NCBI GenBank assembly: GCA_963705105.1
Contig: CAVPIW010000009.1
Coordinates: forward strand, 192,001-256,000
Direction: 5' to 3'
Origin: an uncultured Nitrospiraceae bacterium
GTDB taxonomy: Bacteria; Nitrospirota; Thermodesulfovibrionia; Thermodesulfovibrionales; Dissulfurispiraceae
Length of the DNA: 64,000 nt
Shown here in pieces: positions 52,829 through 64,000 of this stretch. The notes beneath the pieces are model-generated. The model was not told the origin of the DNA. It saw only the letters and a list, made by a program, of their open reading frames with translations, and did no database searches. Within the stretch, counting starts at the first letter, position 1, and each line of letters opens with the position of its first letter. Made by a program: the position numbers and the translations under genes.

Positions 52829-55183
52829 TCACGCATGCTTCAGCAGCTCGCGGACAATAGAGGCCTGGCCGAGAGAGATGCAGCCGTCATTGGCAGGAAG
52901 ATAACGGTGCGTATGAACGGACAACCCGGCGGACCGGAGCTGATGAACGGTTCGTCCGAGGAGATAGGCGTTCTGAAAAACGCCGCCGCTCAATGCGACT
53001 TTGCGGAGACCATGCTGCTCCGACAGGCGCAGGACGACCCCGGTGATCACCTTGCAGAGGGTGTTGTGAAATGTGCGGGAGATGACGGAAGGTTCGACCT
53101 TTCTCCTCCTGTCTTCAAGAACTGCAAGGATCAGGGGCGAAAAATCAACGGTGACCGGGTCCCCCCCGATGATCACGAAGGGATAGACATCGTCAGGTTG
53201 ACCGGTGTGCACGATCCGGCTCTCGAGGGCGATGGCAGCCTCGCCTTCGAAGGTGTTTTCAAGGCAGACCCCGGCAAGGGACGACACGGCGTCGAAGAGA
53301 CGCCCCGCGCCTGACGAAAGAGGAGACAGCCGGTCCTGGCCGAGGACCTTCAGGATGTTCACGATCCTTTCCCTGCCGAATGTTGCCGCAAGTCCCGCCT
53401 CTTCGAGAATCGCCAGCGTCTCTTCGTGCCCTGCCGCAGCCCTCACATAACTGACCGCCGTCCTCCAGCATTCCCTGATGGCCCGCTCGCCACCGGGGAG
53501 CGGGATAGGACGAAAGTGTGCCAGCCTCCGGAATTCCCTGCCGTTGCAAAGCATGAACTCACTTCCCCAGATATGTCCGTCCGTCCCGTATCCCGTGCCG
53601 TCGAAAGCGACACCGATGACGGAACCACCGATGCCTTCCTCGGCCATGACGGAGGCGATATGGGCATGGTGGTGTTGCACGCCCGTACAGGGCAGCCCCC
53701 TTTGAGCGCCGGCGCGGAGTGCCCACTGCGTCGAGAGATACCGGGGATGGAGGTCGTGGGCGATTGCCACGGGTCGGGCACGATAGACCTTCTCCAGATT
53801 CCCCAGGCTTTCTTCGAAAAAGCGGAGGGTCTCGACGTTTTCCATGTCGCCGATGTGCTGACTCACGATTGCGTACCGTCCCCGCGTGATCGTGAAGGTG
53901 TTCTTGATATCGGCGCCGCAACCGAGCACGTCGGGACCGTCTTCGGGAAGCATGATCGGCTCGGGGACATAGCCCCGGGCGCGCCTGAAAAAGTGGAGCC
54001 CCCTTTGCTGCTCTCCGCCCGGGTCCGCATCGACAGGGGAAATCTGCAGGACCGAATCATCGACCCTCATGAAGATATCCCTGTTGTGAAGCAGGAATGC
54101 GTCGGCGATCCCGGAGAGTCGCGTCAGGGCATCGGTGTTTCCCACGACGATCGGTTCCTCGGAAAGGTTTCCGCTCGTCATGACGAGGGCGTCGAAGTGC
54201 GGCTCCACACTTCCCGTGCGCGGGCTGAAGGGATGATGAAAAAGGAGGTGATGGAGCGGCACATAGGGCAGCATAAAGCCGAGGAAGGAGTTATTGGGTG
54301 CGACGGCGCCGGGCAGTCCGCCTCCGTCCCTCTTCCGGAAAAGCACGATCGGCCTTGTCCTGCCCTGGAGCAGCCGGGCTTCGTCATCGCTGACATGGCA
54401 GAACCTGCCGATGCTCCTGAGGGACGGGGCCATGAGCGCGAAGGGCTTGTTGACTCTTCTCTTCCTCTCCCTAAGACGCTCCACGGCTCCGCTATTCGAG
54501 GCGTCGCAGCAGAGATGAAACCCTCCCAACCCCTTGACAGCGATGATCGCGCCTTCCCTGAGCGCAGCGATGGCAGAGGCGATCGGATCCCGCCCCGTAC
54601 CCGCGCCGCGCCCGTCCTCCGGTGCGACGAACTCGACGGAGGGACCGCAGACGGGACAGGCATTGGGCTGCGCATGGAAACGCCTGTCCAGCGGGTCATG
54701 ATATTCCCTGAGGCATGACAGGCACTGCTCGAAGACCGCCATCGTCGTATTCGGCCTGTCGTAGGGAACGGCCCTCGTGATGGTGTAGCGGGGACCGCAG
54801 TTCGTGCAGTTGATGAAGGGATAGAGGTAGCGCCTGTCGGAGGGATCGAACATCTCCCTGATGCAATCATCGCAGACCGCCACGTCCGGAGAAATGAGGG
54901 TGAACAGGCCCTCATCGACGCTGTCGAGGATGCGGAATCCCTCGTCCCCTGTGACGGGAATTTCTTCCGTCGCAATCTCATCGATCCTGCTGAGCGGCGG
55001 CGCTTCCTGCCTCAGTGCAACAAGAAAGGACGACGTCTCCTCTCCCTCTACCTCGATGACAACACCCTGCGAGGTGTTGATGACCGATCCCCTAAGGTTG
55101 TGCCGCAGGGCGAGGGTGTAGACGAAGGGCCTGAAGCCGACGCCCTGAACGATGCCGCGCACAATGATCCTGAGACGCTTCAT
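52829..55183 (-). CDS. hypF: Carbamoyltransferase HypF
   Basis: 'G.VQGVGFRPF', zinc fingers 'CTNCGPR' and 'RFHAQPNACPVCGP', 'QHHHAH', 'DGTGYG.DG', 'P.NDG.ISLGQ'. Confidence 0.96.
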   Translation of the reverse strand: MKRLRIIVRGIVQGVGFRPFVYTLALRHNLRGSVINTSQGVVIEVEGEETSSFLVALRQEAPPLSRIDEIATEEIPVTGDEGFRILDSVDEGLFTLISPDVAVCDDCIREMFDPSDRRYLYPFINCTNCGPRYTITRAVPYDRPNTTMAVFEQCLSCLREYHDPLDRRFHAQPNACPVCGPSVEFVAPEDGRGAGTGRDPIASAIAALREGAIIAVKGLGGFHLCCDASNSGAVERLRERKRRVNKPFALMAPSLRSIGRFCHVSDDEARLLQGRTRPIVLFRKRDGGGLPGAVAPNNSFLGFMLPYVPLHHLLFHHPFSPRTGSVEPHFDALVMTSGNLSEEPIVVGNTDALTRLSGIADAFLLHNRDIFMRVDDSVLQISPVDADPGGEQQRGLHFFRRARGYVPEPIMLPEDGPDVLGCGADIKNTFTITRGRYAIVSQHIGDMENVETLRFFEESLGNLEKVYRARPVAIAHDLHPRYLSTQWALRAGAQRGLPCTGVQHHHAHIASVMAEEGIGGSVIGVAFDGTGYGTDGHIWGSEFMLCNGREFRRLAHFRPIPLPGGERAIRECWRTAVSYVRAAAGHEETLAILEEAGLAATFGRERIVNILKVLGQDRLSPLSSGAGRLFDAVSSLAGVCLENTFEGEAAIALESRIVHTGQPDDVYPFVIIGGDPVTVDFSPLILAVLEDRRRKVEPSVISRTFHNTLCKVITGVVLRLSEQHGLRKVALSGGVFQNAYLLGRTVHQLRSAGLSVHTHRYLPANDGCISLGQASIVRELLKHA

Positions 55184-55283
55184 GGGCGATTATCTTCCGG
55201 GACACTCATATCCAAAATAACTTACAGCGAGACCTTGAAAACGAGGATAGTGTTTGGTTTCTGAAGCATAATTCACGGTTGCC

Positions 55284-55472
55284 TTGCACGAAAAGACGGT
55301 GCAAAACGCCTCTGAAAAACAGTGTCAGTGTCAGTGTGAGTGTCCGTAAAAGGTTAATTTTGTTTGATCGTTGGTCTGCAATGGTCTGTATGGGAAGGCA
55401 GAGGTTTCGCAGCACCGATGCTTTTCGGCGCATTCGCCCCGTCTTTCCCGCGAGCGTATTGCAACGATACGG
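55284..55472 (-). repeat. Modular hairpin repeat, divergent copy
   Basis: TTGCACGAAAAGACGG..., hexamer tract, ...CGCCCCGTCTTTCCCG...TTGCAACGATACGG. Confidence 0.82.
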
Positions 55473-55517
55473 CTTATCTTGGATGCCAGTGCTTCCAGAA
55501 ACATAATTGCGGGCCAT

Positions 55518-56174
55518 TCAGGCTGACGCGACCCGTTTGACAAAGATCTCCCTTGCCAGCTCGGGGTCGATGGCGATCGTCGTCTCGTCGATTTCGATGA
55601 CGATGGACGGCCATTTCTGGAGGAGGCGGATCGTCGCGCCGGGGATGATGCCGATGGAGCTGAGCCTGCTGATCCGTGCGGCTTCAGAGGGTGTGATAAA
55701 GACGATCTTCCCGTACTGACCGACGGAAAAATCGGAGAGGCGGACGACGACGGGTTGAATGTCGACAGTGTATTTCTTGCAGCATTCTCCCCTCGGGATG
55801 GGATTGCCGTGAGGGCATGTGGGCGGGTGCCCCAGAAAGGTGCAGACGCTGTCCGTCAGTTCCTCGCTCAGGATGTGCTCCATCTTGCAGGCATCTTCGT
55901 GGATGATGTCGCCGGTCATGTCGAAGACGTCCGTAAAGAGACGCTCGGCGAGGCGATGCCTCCTGATAAGTCCGCGTGCCTGATCGTATCCCGTTTTGGA
56001 AAGCTTGATCTCAGAAGACGTGACGGTGACAAGACCCTCCCGGGCGAGCATATCGATAAGTTGCTCCACATCCTGGTCATCGGAACTCAGGGTGAACCGC
56101 TTGAGGTCGAAGTGGCCTTCTTCACAGAGGATCCAGAGGAGTTCCAGGGCCTCGTCGATTCTTTCCTTATCCAT
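55518..56174 (-). CDS. DtxR/MntR-family metal-dependent regulator with a FeoA domain
   Basis: 'IRRHRLAERLF', 'ACKMEH', 'LGHP.TCPHGNPIP.G.CC', FeoA-like C-terminus; overlaps the rnhB stop. Confidence 0.88.
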   Translation of the reverse strand: MDKERIDEALELLWILCEEGHFDLKRFTLSSDDQDVEQLIDMLAREGLVTVTSSEIKLSKTGYDQARGLIRRHRLAERLFTDVFDMTGDIIHEDACKMEHILSEELTDSVCTFLGHPPTCPHGNPIPRGECCKKYTVDIQPVVVRLSDFSVGQYGKIVFITPSEAARISRLSSIGIIPGATIRLLQKWPSIVIEIDETTIAIDPELAREIFVKRVASA

Positions 56175-56841
56175 TGCCGGGCCCCGCTTTCCGCTCAAAG
56201 GCGGTGTTGACGGGTCTTTTTTCGTCCGGGGGAAAGGGGAGGGAGAGCTCTTCGACGGGACGGAAACTTCTCCGGTGGATACAACAGGGGCCGAGACGGT
56301 TGATCGAGTCGATGTGGTCTTTGGTCCCGTATCCCTTGTGCTTCTCGAATCCGTATGACGGAAACCTCGATCCGCAGAGGCGCATGATCCTGTCCCTGAC
56401 GACCTTTGCGACGATCGATGCCGCTGCGATCGAGGCACTCTTGGCGTCGCCTTTGATGACCGCCTTCTGTTCGAGTTTCAGGGACGGTAATGTCAGGGCG
56501 TCGATAAGGAGGAGGTCGGGGATTTCAACGAGGTCCATAACCGCCATCTCCATTGCCATCCTCGTTGCCACGAGAATATTGAACCTGTCAATCGTTACGG
56601 CGTCGACGGCGCCGACGCCGATGTCCGTCGCCGTATGCAGGATTTCATTGTACAGCTGATCCCGCTCCCTCTCGGGAACGCGCTTTGAATCCCTGAGTCT
56701 GTCGATCCTCGCCTTCTCCGGCAGAATGACAGCTGCAGCGACAACGGGGCCGGCAAGGGGACCCCTTCCTGCCTCATCAATGCCGGCGATCAGCCCAATG
56801 CCATGGGTCCTCATGGAGTCATCGAACTCGTAGAGGCTCAT
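56167..56841 (-). CDS. rnhB: Ribonuclease HII
   Basis: 'GIDEAGRGPLAGPVVAAA', 'DSK', 'KGD..SASIAAASI.AKV.RD', 'HKGYGT'. Confidence 0.97.
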   Translation of the reverse strand: MSLYEFDDSMRTHGIGLIAGIDEAGRGPLAGPVVAAAVILPEKARIDRLRDSKRVPERERDQLYNEILHTATDIGVGAVDAVTIDRFNILVATRMAMEMAVMDLVEIPDLLLIDALTLPSLKLEQKAVIKGDAKSASIAAASIVAKVVRDRIMRLCGSRFPSYGFEKHKGYGTKDHIDSINRLGPCCIHRRSFRPVEELSLPFPPDEKRPVNTAFERKAGPGNG

Positions 56842-56850
56842 GGAACGACC

Positions 56851-57219
56851 TTATTGCTTCGCAGGCTCCTTCCTGAAGTCCCGCTCCTTTTCCTTGACCT
56901 TCGCGTGCTTGCCCTTCTTGCCTCTCAGGTAGTAGAGCTTGGCCCTCCTCACAGCGCCCCGCTTCAGGACTTCCATCCTGTCGATTGAAGGGGAATGGAC
57001 GGGGAATATCCTCTCGACGCCGACGCCGAAAGAGATCTTCCTGACGATGAACGTCTCCCTTATACCGCTGCCGCTCCTTGAAATGACGATGCCTTCATAA
57101 GGCTGGAGTCTCTCCTTGTCGCCTTCGACGACCTTCACATAGACCCGCACGGTGTCTCCGATGCTGAAACTCGGGATCTGCTTCCTGAAGCCCTCTTCCA
57201 CTGCCTGTATCAAGCTCAT
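56851..57219 (-). CDS. rplS: 50S ribosomal protein L19
   Basis: 'GDTVRV..KVVEG.KERLQ', 'VRKIS.GVGVER.FP', '[10 protein letters not shown]'. Confidence 0.98.
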   Translation of the reverse strand: MSLIQAVEEGFRKQIPSFSIGDTVRVYVKVVEGDKERLQPYEGIVISRSGSGIRETFIVRKISFGVGVERIFPVHSPSIDRMEVLKRGAVRRAKLYYLRGKKGKHAKVKEKERDFRKEPAKQ

Positions 57220-57220
57220 G

Positions 57221-57988
57221 CTATCCTCCGCGTGTATTGTTCTTGCCGGATGCCTTTCCGGTGAGTTCCTCCACGTACTCCCGGTCCTCCGCCGTAAGCG
57301 GCGCCTTGTCGAGAAGGTCGGGCCGTTTGAGGAAAGTCCGCCGTATCGCTTCGCGCCTTCTCCACATCTGAATTTCCCTGTGATTACCCGACAGCAGCAC
57401 GTCGGGCACCTTCATCCCCATGAAATCAGCAGGCCGCGTGTAATGGGGATAGTCGAGGATTCCCCAGGTGAAGGACTCCTCCTTCGCAGACTCCTCGTAT
57501 CCCAGCACACCGGGGACGAGTCGGCTGACGCAGTCTATTATAACCAAGGCGGCCAGCTCACCTCCAGTCATCACATAATCACCGATCGAAATCTCCTCGT
57601 GGGCGATATATTCCCGAACCCGCTCGTCCACTCCTTCATACCTGCCGCAGATGAAGAGAATTCTCCTTTCCTCCCTGAGAAACTCCTCCGCCATATGCTG
57701 GGTGAAAGGCTTTCCCTGGGGGCTGAGCAGCACGACGAGCCTTGCGGCGCCGTCGGACCCTATCGACTCAATGGCCCGGTGTAACGGTTCAACCTTGAGG
57801 ACCATGCCCGACCCGCCGCCGTAGGGGTAATCGTCGACGGTCCTGTGCTTGTCCGTCGAGAAATCGCGCAGGTCGTGGACCTTCACATCGATCAGGCCCC
57901 TCTGGACTGCCCTTTTGAGGATGCTCTCCCCGAGATAGGCGTGACAGATGCCGGGAAAGATCGTGACGACATCGAAGGATGCGCTCAT
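57221..57988 (-). CDS. trmD: tRNA (guanine-N1)-methyltransferase
   Basis: '[12 protein letters not shown]', '[10 protein letters not shown]', 'SIGDYV.TGGE', 'YTRP'. Confidence 0.98.
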   Translation of the reverse strand: MSASFDVVTIFPGICHAYLGESILKRAVQRGLIDVKVHDLRDFSTDKHRTVDDYPYGGGSGMVLKVEPLHRAIESIGSDGAARLVVLLSPQGKPFTQHMAEEFLREERRILFICGRYEGVDERVREYIAHEEISIGDYVMTGGELAALVIIDCVSRLVPGVLGYEESAKEESFTWGILDYPHYTRPADFMGMKVPDVLLSGNHREIQMWRRREAIRRTFLKRPDLLDKAPLTAEDREYVEELTGKASGKNNTRGG

Positions 57989-58521
57989 ACCTCTTCGCCG
58001 GCGGGCAGCGCCACGACCATCCTTCCCTCTTCGAGATCGATCGACCTTATGACCTCTTTGATCGCAGGAAGGAGAATTTCCCCGCCGCCTCCCGTCACGA
58101 CATACACGTCATTGCTCCCCGTCTCGGCAATGGCCGTCACCGTCCCGAGATACAGGTCTTCCACGGTGTATACCTTCAAACCGATGATCTGGTAGTGGTA
58201 ATAAATCCCCTCCGGCAACGGGGGACTTTCGGACCGCCTGATCATAATGCGCGCGCTGCGAAAGGAGCGTGCCTGCTCGGGCGTTTCACAGCCATCGAAA
58301 AGCAGACGGACAGACGTCCCGTGAGTCCTGGCCGAGAGGATTTTCATGCCGTCCGGCTCCGCCGGCCTGCGCCCTTGCGGACCCTCGTCCCGCCCGATGA
58401 ACACCTCCTGCAGCGACTCGAACCGGGAGGGATCAAAGGTAAGGGGCGTGACCAGGACTTCTCCCCGTATGCCCCACTCTCTGGCGATCCTGCCGATCGT
58501 TATGAACGCGTCGTCATCCAA
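57985..58521 (-). CDS. rimM: Ribosome maturation factor RimM
   Basis: 'IGRI...GIRGEV', 'YYHYQIIG..V', 'TGSNDVYVV', 'LLPAI..VI'. Confidence 0.93.
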   Translation of the reverse strand: MDDDAFITIGRIAREWGIRGEVLVTPLTFDPSRFESLQEVFIGRDEGPQGRRPAEPDGMKILSARTHGTSVRLLFDGCETPEQARSFRSARIMIRRSESPPLPEGIYYHYQIIGLKVYTVEDLYLGTVTAIAETGSNDVYVVTGGGGEILLPAIKEVIRSIDLEEGRMVVALPAGEEV

Positions 58522-58613
58522 TCAGCCTCCGAGTGAGTGCGCCCTGACGGGCGCACCAACAAGAAGGGGCGTTCGGTGAACGCCCCTCCTGAATCCCATC
58601 TATGCCGAAATGC

Positions 58614-58844
58614 CTACTCCAGGATCTCGAGTACGCAACGTTTGCCTATTTTCGTTCCCGCGGCGCCGAGGATCGTCCGCATGGCCCGCGCCGTCTTCCC
58701 CTGCTTACCGATGACCTTTCCGAGGTCGCTCTGAGACACTCTCAATTCATAGACCGTGGTCTTTTCGCCTTCGATTTCCGTGACTTTCACATCGTCCGGT
58801 GTGTCAACGAGAGATTTCGCCATCGCCTCAATCAGTGCCTTCAT
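58614..58844 (-). CDS. khpA: KH domain RNA-binding protein
   Basis: '[20 protein letters not shown]'; between rpsP and rimM. Confidence 0.93.
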   Translation of the reverse strand: MKALIEAMAKSLVDTPDDVKVTEIEGEKTTVYELRVSQSDLGKVIGKQGKTARAMRTILGAAGTKIGKRCVLEILE

Positions 58845-58936
58845 CGTTCAACCTCCATCCTTTCTTGAAATGCGGACTGAAGATGCAGAAATCAGGGAAG
58901 ATCCGTCGCGCCTCCCGGTCCTGTGCTCAGAAGCCG

Positions 58937-59176
58937 TTATCCCACTCCGGCTTTCTGAAGGAGATTCTTCACGATATCCGTCGGCTGTGCCCCGCGATCG
59001 ACCCAGTATTTTGCCCGTTCCGCATTGACTTTAATCTCAGAGGGTTCTTTTTTCGGGTCGTAGGTGCCGATGATCTCGATAAAAGGGCCGTCCCTTCGCG
59101 CGCGGGAATCGGTAACGATAATTCTGTAAAAGGGGCTCTTGTGTGCGCCCATCCGGGTCAGTCTGATCTTGACCAA
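58937..59176 (-). CDS. rpsP: 30S ribosomal protein S16 (TTG start)
   Basis: '[30 protein letters not shown]', 'GAQPT'. Confidence 0.97.
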   Translation of the reverse strand: MVKIRLTRMGAHKSPFYRIIVTDSRARRDGPFIEIIGTYDPKKEPSEIKVNAERAKYWVDRGAQPTDIVKNLLQKAGVG

Positions 59177-59277
59177 GTCATCACCTCCTGAAATATTCGA
59201 CAGATAAGTATTTTACACTAATCCCGCCGTCCGTTTCAATGAAGCCGGAAAGGGGTGCTTATGCAGAGGTTTTACTG

Positions 59278-59371
59278 TCGTTGAATGAAAAGGCGGGGAC
59301 GTTCCTTTGACCGGGACTAACACTCCAGAAAGAATGTTCCTTCACTCACACTTGCACTGACACTCACACTG
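59278..59371. repeat. Partial modular repeat between ffh and rpsP
   Basis: GTTGAATGAAAAGGCGGGG arm and CACTCACACTTGCACTGACACTCACACTG tract abutting the ffh stop. Confidence 0.6.
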
Positions 59372-60703
<1,332 letters not shown>

Positions 60704-60718
60704 GTCCTGTTCACCTCA

Positions 60719-61237
60719 TCATTTCAGCAGCGCGTCTATTTCTTCGGACAGCACCCGTGACATGTCGGGGATAAGACCCATGTGCTTGTTCCTGATCCTG
60801 CCCTCTTTGTCCAGCACAAAACTCGTGGGAATGCTGAATACCTCGTAATTTCTGCTCACTTCGTCATCATCAAAGAGCACCGGATAGGTAATCCCGTGTT
60901 CCTTGATGAAGGATTTCACCGCACCTGCCGCGCCGGACCCCTTGTCGAGCGAGATGGCAAGGGCGACAAAACCTTTATTGTTATAATGCTCGAACACCTC
61001 TTGTATCTGCGGCGCCGATATCTGGCATGGGCCGCACCAGGTCGTGAAAAACTCTATGAGCACGACCTTTCCCCTGAAGTCGGCGAGGCTTATCTTTTTG
61101 CCGTCGCTGTCGCTGAGGGTGAATGACGGCGCCGGTGTCTCCTTTTTCCCGGACCCGGAGTGTCCGTCTTCTTTGGTGCAGGCAGGGCAGAGGAAGACAA
61201 GAGCGATGAGGACTGCAAGGACCGCTACTCTTCGCAT
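60719..61237 (-). CDS. TlpA/ResA-family thiol-disulfide oxidoreductase lipoprotein
   Basis: Lipoprotein signal, 'AP.FTL', 'GKVVLIEFFTTWCGPC', 'IPTSFVLDKEG'. Confidence 0.88.
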   Translation of the reverse strand: MRRVAVLAVLIALVFLCPACTKEDGHSGSGKKETPAPSFTLSDSDGKKISLADFRGKVVLIEFFTTWCGPCQISAPQIQEVFEHYNNKGFVALAISLDKGSGAAGAVKSFIKEHGITYPVLFDDDEVSRNYEVFSIPTSFVLDKEGRIRNKHMGLIPDMSRVLSEEIDALLK

Positions 61238-61569
61238 CAGCTCCCGAGAAGGGCGTCGATCTTACCCTTGAGCTGCGGTTTCGGGACCGCCCCGACGATC
61301 TGGTCGACCTTCTCGCCGTCCTTGAAGAATATGATCGTCGGGATGCCCATGATCTTGAACTTGCTGGCGACGTCGGGATTCTCATCGGTGTTGAGTTTGC
61401 CGACTTTCACCTTTCCTGCATATTCCTTTGAGAGCTCCTCTATCGTGGGGGCGATCATCCGACAGGGACCGCACCAGACCGCCCAGAAATCTACCATTAC
61501 GAGTCCTTTTGATTCCGAGACTTCCTTGTCCCAGGTTGCACTCGTCAGTTCGACAATCCCTTCCGCCAT
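61237..61569 (-). CDS. trxA: Thioredoxin
   Basis: 'VDFWAVWCGPCRMIAP'; SD AAGGAGG before ATG 61569. Confidence 0.96.
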   Translation of the reverse strand: MAEGIVELTSATWDKEVSESKGLVMVDFWAVWCGPCRMIAPTIEELSKEYAGKVKVGKLNTDENPDVASKFKIMGIPTIIFFKDGEKVDQIVGAVPKPQLKGKIDALLGS

Positions 61570-61775
61570 AAGAGCCTCCTTCATGATGAAAAGATAACAA
61601 TATCCCGAAAGTATACGTTTCAAATCAACGTTGTGTCAAATGAGATCACAAGCCGGGACCGCCCCCGGCAAGGTTTACAACCCCCCGGTCGATGCCATAC
61701 AATAGATTGAACCGTCGTAAAATCCTGAGGCGGGAAGAAAGCGGGTCAGAGAAACCGAAAAGGCTGCACGGTCAC

Positions 61776-61994
61776 ATGGTCAGAATAATTACCCAGATAC
61801 TCGTCGGTCTCATGCTCTTCTTCGGCGTCCTTACGCTGGGCGAGAGGGTGGTGTTTTACATCAGGACGAAAAATATCAGGCGGGCACTCTATTTTCTCGT
61901 GCTCTGGTCCCTCGCCCTCCTCCTCTCGCTCATGGCATTCTATTTCGCCTACACGGAGCTGAAGGGACTGGACGGCATTCGCCAAAGCCTCTAA
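61776..61994 (+). CDS. Small two-TM membrane protein
   Basis: Two hydrophobic helices; convergent with the DUF1992 gene. Confidence 0.55.
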   Translation: MVRIITQILVGLMLFFGVLTLGERVVFYIRTKNIRRALYFLVLWSLALLLSLMAFYFAYTELKGLDGIRQSL

Positions 61995-62006
61995 GTCTTC
62001 CGGTCA

Positions 62007-62399
62007 TCACGGCTTTCCCTTGCGGCCCTCCCGCGACACGGCCCTGTCATAGAACTTCTGCTCATAGTCGGGAGAGCCTTCGAGGTGGCAGGGCCTGTTC
62101 CTCATGACATTCAGCTTCATCATTTTGAAGTTCAGCTCCCGAAGCTTCCTCATCCTTTCCTTGTCGTCATCGAGGGTATCCATGAGGTCTTTCAGGCTGA
62201 TGATCTCCTTCCGGAGCTCCAGTTCGGGCGGTATACAGCCGGCGTTCCTGAGCACCCGGTAGGCAAGCCTCAGGTCTTCGGGAATCCAGGTCTCGTCTTC
62301 AAAAACGAGGGGTTTGCCGGCTCCCCTGAGGTTGTCGAATTCACCGCGGTCCATCGCCTCGCGGATCCTCTTTTCCGCTATTTTCGCGATGATGTCCAT
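62007..62399 (-). CDS. DUF1992 (DnaJ family domain) protein
   Basis: 'IAEKRIREAM.RGEFDNL.G.GKPL', 'PEDLRLAYRVL.NAG..PPE'. Confidence 0.9.
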   Translation of the reverse strand: MDIIAKIAEKRIREAMDRGEFDNLRGAGKPLVFEDETWIPEDLRLAYRVLRNAGCIPPELELRKEIISLKDLMDTLDDDKERMRKLRELNFKMMKLNVMRNRPCHLEGSPDYEQKFYDRAVSREGRKGKP

Positions 62400-62402
62400 G
62401 AT

Positions 62403-62999
62403 CTATTCGCCCTTTTCCACCGGCGCTTGTCTCAACTCCTCCTCCCATGACTTGAACCTGGTCGCGAGTTTGTCATTTTCTCTCCCGAGGACCTCGATGA
62501 ATGATTCGATCTCACTGCTGCTCATCTGCAGCTCCGAAAGCGCCTCATCGCGGCGCAGTGTAAAAGCGTCGGCTCCCTGAAGACCCTCGAGCATGACGGA
62601 AAGATTGTCGTTCCTGTCAAGGAGAGCCGAGAGACGTCCGCGGGCCGTCTCAAAGAGGTCCTGATAGCACATCAGTTCAAGGATCCTCGCGCGCTGCTTT
62701 TCAACAATGCCGCGCAACGATTCCAGCTCTTCCGAAGACTGAGGCGGGATGTCTGAGAGGGTCTGCTCGGCGGACTTCATCTCCGTCTCTTCCCGGGCCA
62801 TCTCTGTGTCGTCCTTGACATCTTCAGCGGACATTTCCTCCTCACCGGCCCTGTTGCCCGCCTCTGAGGGCGGAGCCGGCGCCTCCAGGGCGAGGCGCTT
62901 CCATTTCCGGCTCCTGAGGAAAAGGAAGACCGCCGCTCCGATCAGTATGAGGACCGCCTCGATGAGAAGCAGGAGATATAGGGCGTCGATCTTCAGCAT
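62403..62999 (-). CDS. Hypothetical membrane-anchored coiled-coil protein
   Basis: N-terminal TM helix then acidic heptad-rich region; in an operon with its neighbours. Confidence 0.7.
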   Translation of the reverse strand: MLKIDALYLLLLIEAVLILIGAAVFLFLRSRKWKRLALEAPAPPSEAGNRAGEEEMSAEDVKDDTEMAREETEMKSAEQTLSDIPPQSSEELESLRGIVEKQRARILELMCYQDLFETARGRLSALLDRNDNLSVMLEGLQGADAFTLRRDEALSELQMSSSEIESFIEVLGRENDKLATRFKSWEEELRQAPVEKGE

Positions 63000-63023
63000 G
63001 GTTTCCGTCTCATTCCTGTCATA

Positions 63024-64000
63024 TCACCGCCTCATCCGGATGAGCTTGACGATACCGAATACGGCGAGGCACACGGAAAGGACAACAACATTGATAATGC
63101 CGAACCGGAAGAGGACATCGTCCCATTGCACCTCGTCGGTCTGTGTGCGGGAGGTTGTGACGGCGCCTTCCTTGCCGGGGGCCTTTTCACCCACGACAGG
63201 GCCGTCTATCACCCTGAATGCCGATTCGACGGAGCGGAAGGAGACGACTTTCTCCCGTTTGAAGGCGCCTGCCTGCGCCGCGATGACCACCTTGTATTCG
63301 CCTGTTTCCGCTATCGTCGCCGTCGATGTGAACACTCCGTCACCGGCCTGGGCGTCACCGTCCACGCCCTGATCGGCGAGGGGGATCTTTGTCTCCCTGC
63401 CGTCAGGCCCGACGAGGGTCGCAACGAAGGAGACGGTGTCAAGCACAGCCCTGTCGGTGATCATGGCGCCGTTCTTTTCAAGCCGGGCATCGAGCGTGAT
63501 GACGTCTCCGCGGGAGAGAAAATTCCTCTGAAAGGAGGTCCTGAGATGCAGGTCGGTGATGACGAAGATCCTCCCCCCCTGCGGAGACCCCGGTCCGGCC
63601 TTCCACGTTCCTGCCAGGGGCTGACGGATCGTTATCATGTCGAACACGTCGCCTTCAAACCATTGGAGGTTCTTCCCGGGCGCTCCCGCAGTATAGCGTT
63701 TCTGACCGGGATCGACAAGCACCGTCGCCGTTCCCGGTTTTTTCGTGATGACGATCGTCGCCTCTTTGATGTCGCCGTCGATGGAGAAACTCTCTCCCTC
63801 GAGGGGGACGGCATCGGGCGATTTCATCTTTTCATACAACGATGAGAAGACGACATGGATGTCCTGGTCGGTCTTCGCGAAGTGAAAGGATCCGCCCGTG
63901 ACCCTCGCGATCTCCTCGAGGAGCTTCTGGTCGGACGCTTCGGTGAATGCGATCGTATAGAGCTTTATGCCCTTCCCTGCGAGTTCCCGGAGAAGCTTCG
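63024..64000 (-). CDS. VWA domain-containing membrane-anchored protein (partial, runs off the window)
   Basis: Frame open to the window edge: 'GIKLYTIAF...DQKLLEEIARVTGG.F' (VWA end), 'DQGVDGDAQAGDGVF' motif, C-terminal TM helix. Confidence 0.75.
   Translation of the reverse strand, partial: KLLRELAGKGIKLYTIAFTEASDQKLLEEIARVTGGSFHFAKTDQDIHVVFSSLYEKMKSPDAVPLEGESFSIDGDIKEATIVITKKPGTATVLVDPGQKRYTAGAPGKNLQWFEGDVFDMITIRQPLAGTWKAGPGSPQGGRIFVITDLHLRTSFQRNFLSRGDVITLDARLEKNGAMITDRAVLDTVSFVATLVGPDGRETKIPLADQGVDGDAQAGDGVFTSTATIAETGEYKVVIAAQAGAFKREKVVSFRSVESAFRVIDGPVVGEKAPGKEGAVTTSRTQTDEVQWDDVLFRFGIINVVVLSVCLAVFGIVKLIRMRR

Noticed and set aside
55518..56438. 306-aa version of the DtxR ORF, suggesting a frameshift fusion with rnhB
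   Set aside because: Homology starts at MDKERIDE (56174) with an ordinary short overlap; no slippery site seen.
58565..58587. AGGGGCGTTC-GGT-GAACGCCCCT hairpin between khpA and rimM as a novel ncRNA
   Set aside because: Single short REP-like palindrome similar to the one at ~15942; no further structure to support an RNA gene.

Overview
GC-rich bacterial chromosomal window, probably from an anaerobe of the Nitrospirota (Thermodesulfovibrionia) or Desulfobacterota type; this assignment is inferred from gene content only. Layout: (1) 0.3-15.8 kb: DUF3300/DUF2950, fbaB and a ~10.7 kb envelope/sulfatase island (Ser-type arylsulfatase, anaerobic sulfatase maturase, two DUF2092 genes each followed by a small repetitive 'TPVSxAGVARR' protein, MscS, outer-membrane barrel) bounded by a duplicated fbaB 3' end. 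(2) 15.8-22.1 kb: a stretch of mobile-element remnants, with higBA and vapBC, an orphan integron cassette bracketed by 5' and 3' fragments of group IIC-attC introns, a LuxR fragment, a c-di-GMP-I riboswitch, an IS481-like remnant and a duplicated promoter/pseudogene. (3) 22-26.6 kb: DUF2284, B12 radical SAM, cold-shock protein and a truncated IS1634. (4) 26.8-43.4 kb: pgl-zwf-edd-eda-glgX-pta-ackA-nifJ-DHOD-like (glycogen, Entner-Doudoroff, acetate). (5) An amino acid permease, a rhodanese selenoprotein that the ORF track truncates at its UGA, a ferritin-like protein, a czcCBA-type efflux system and hypF. (6) The core ffh-rpsP-khpA-rimM-trmD-rplS-rnhB cluster, trxA/TlpA and a partial VWA gene. 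About 13 copies of a modular ~200-350 bp hairpin repeat, with nested inverted repeats and interchangeable internal modules, occupy many intergenic gaps.
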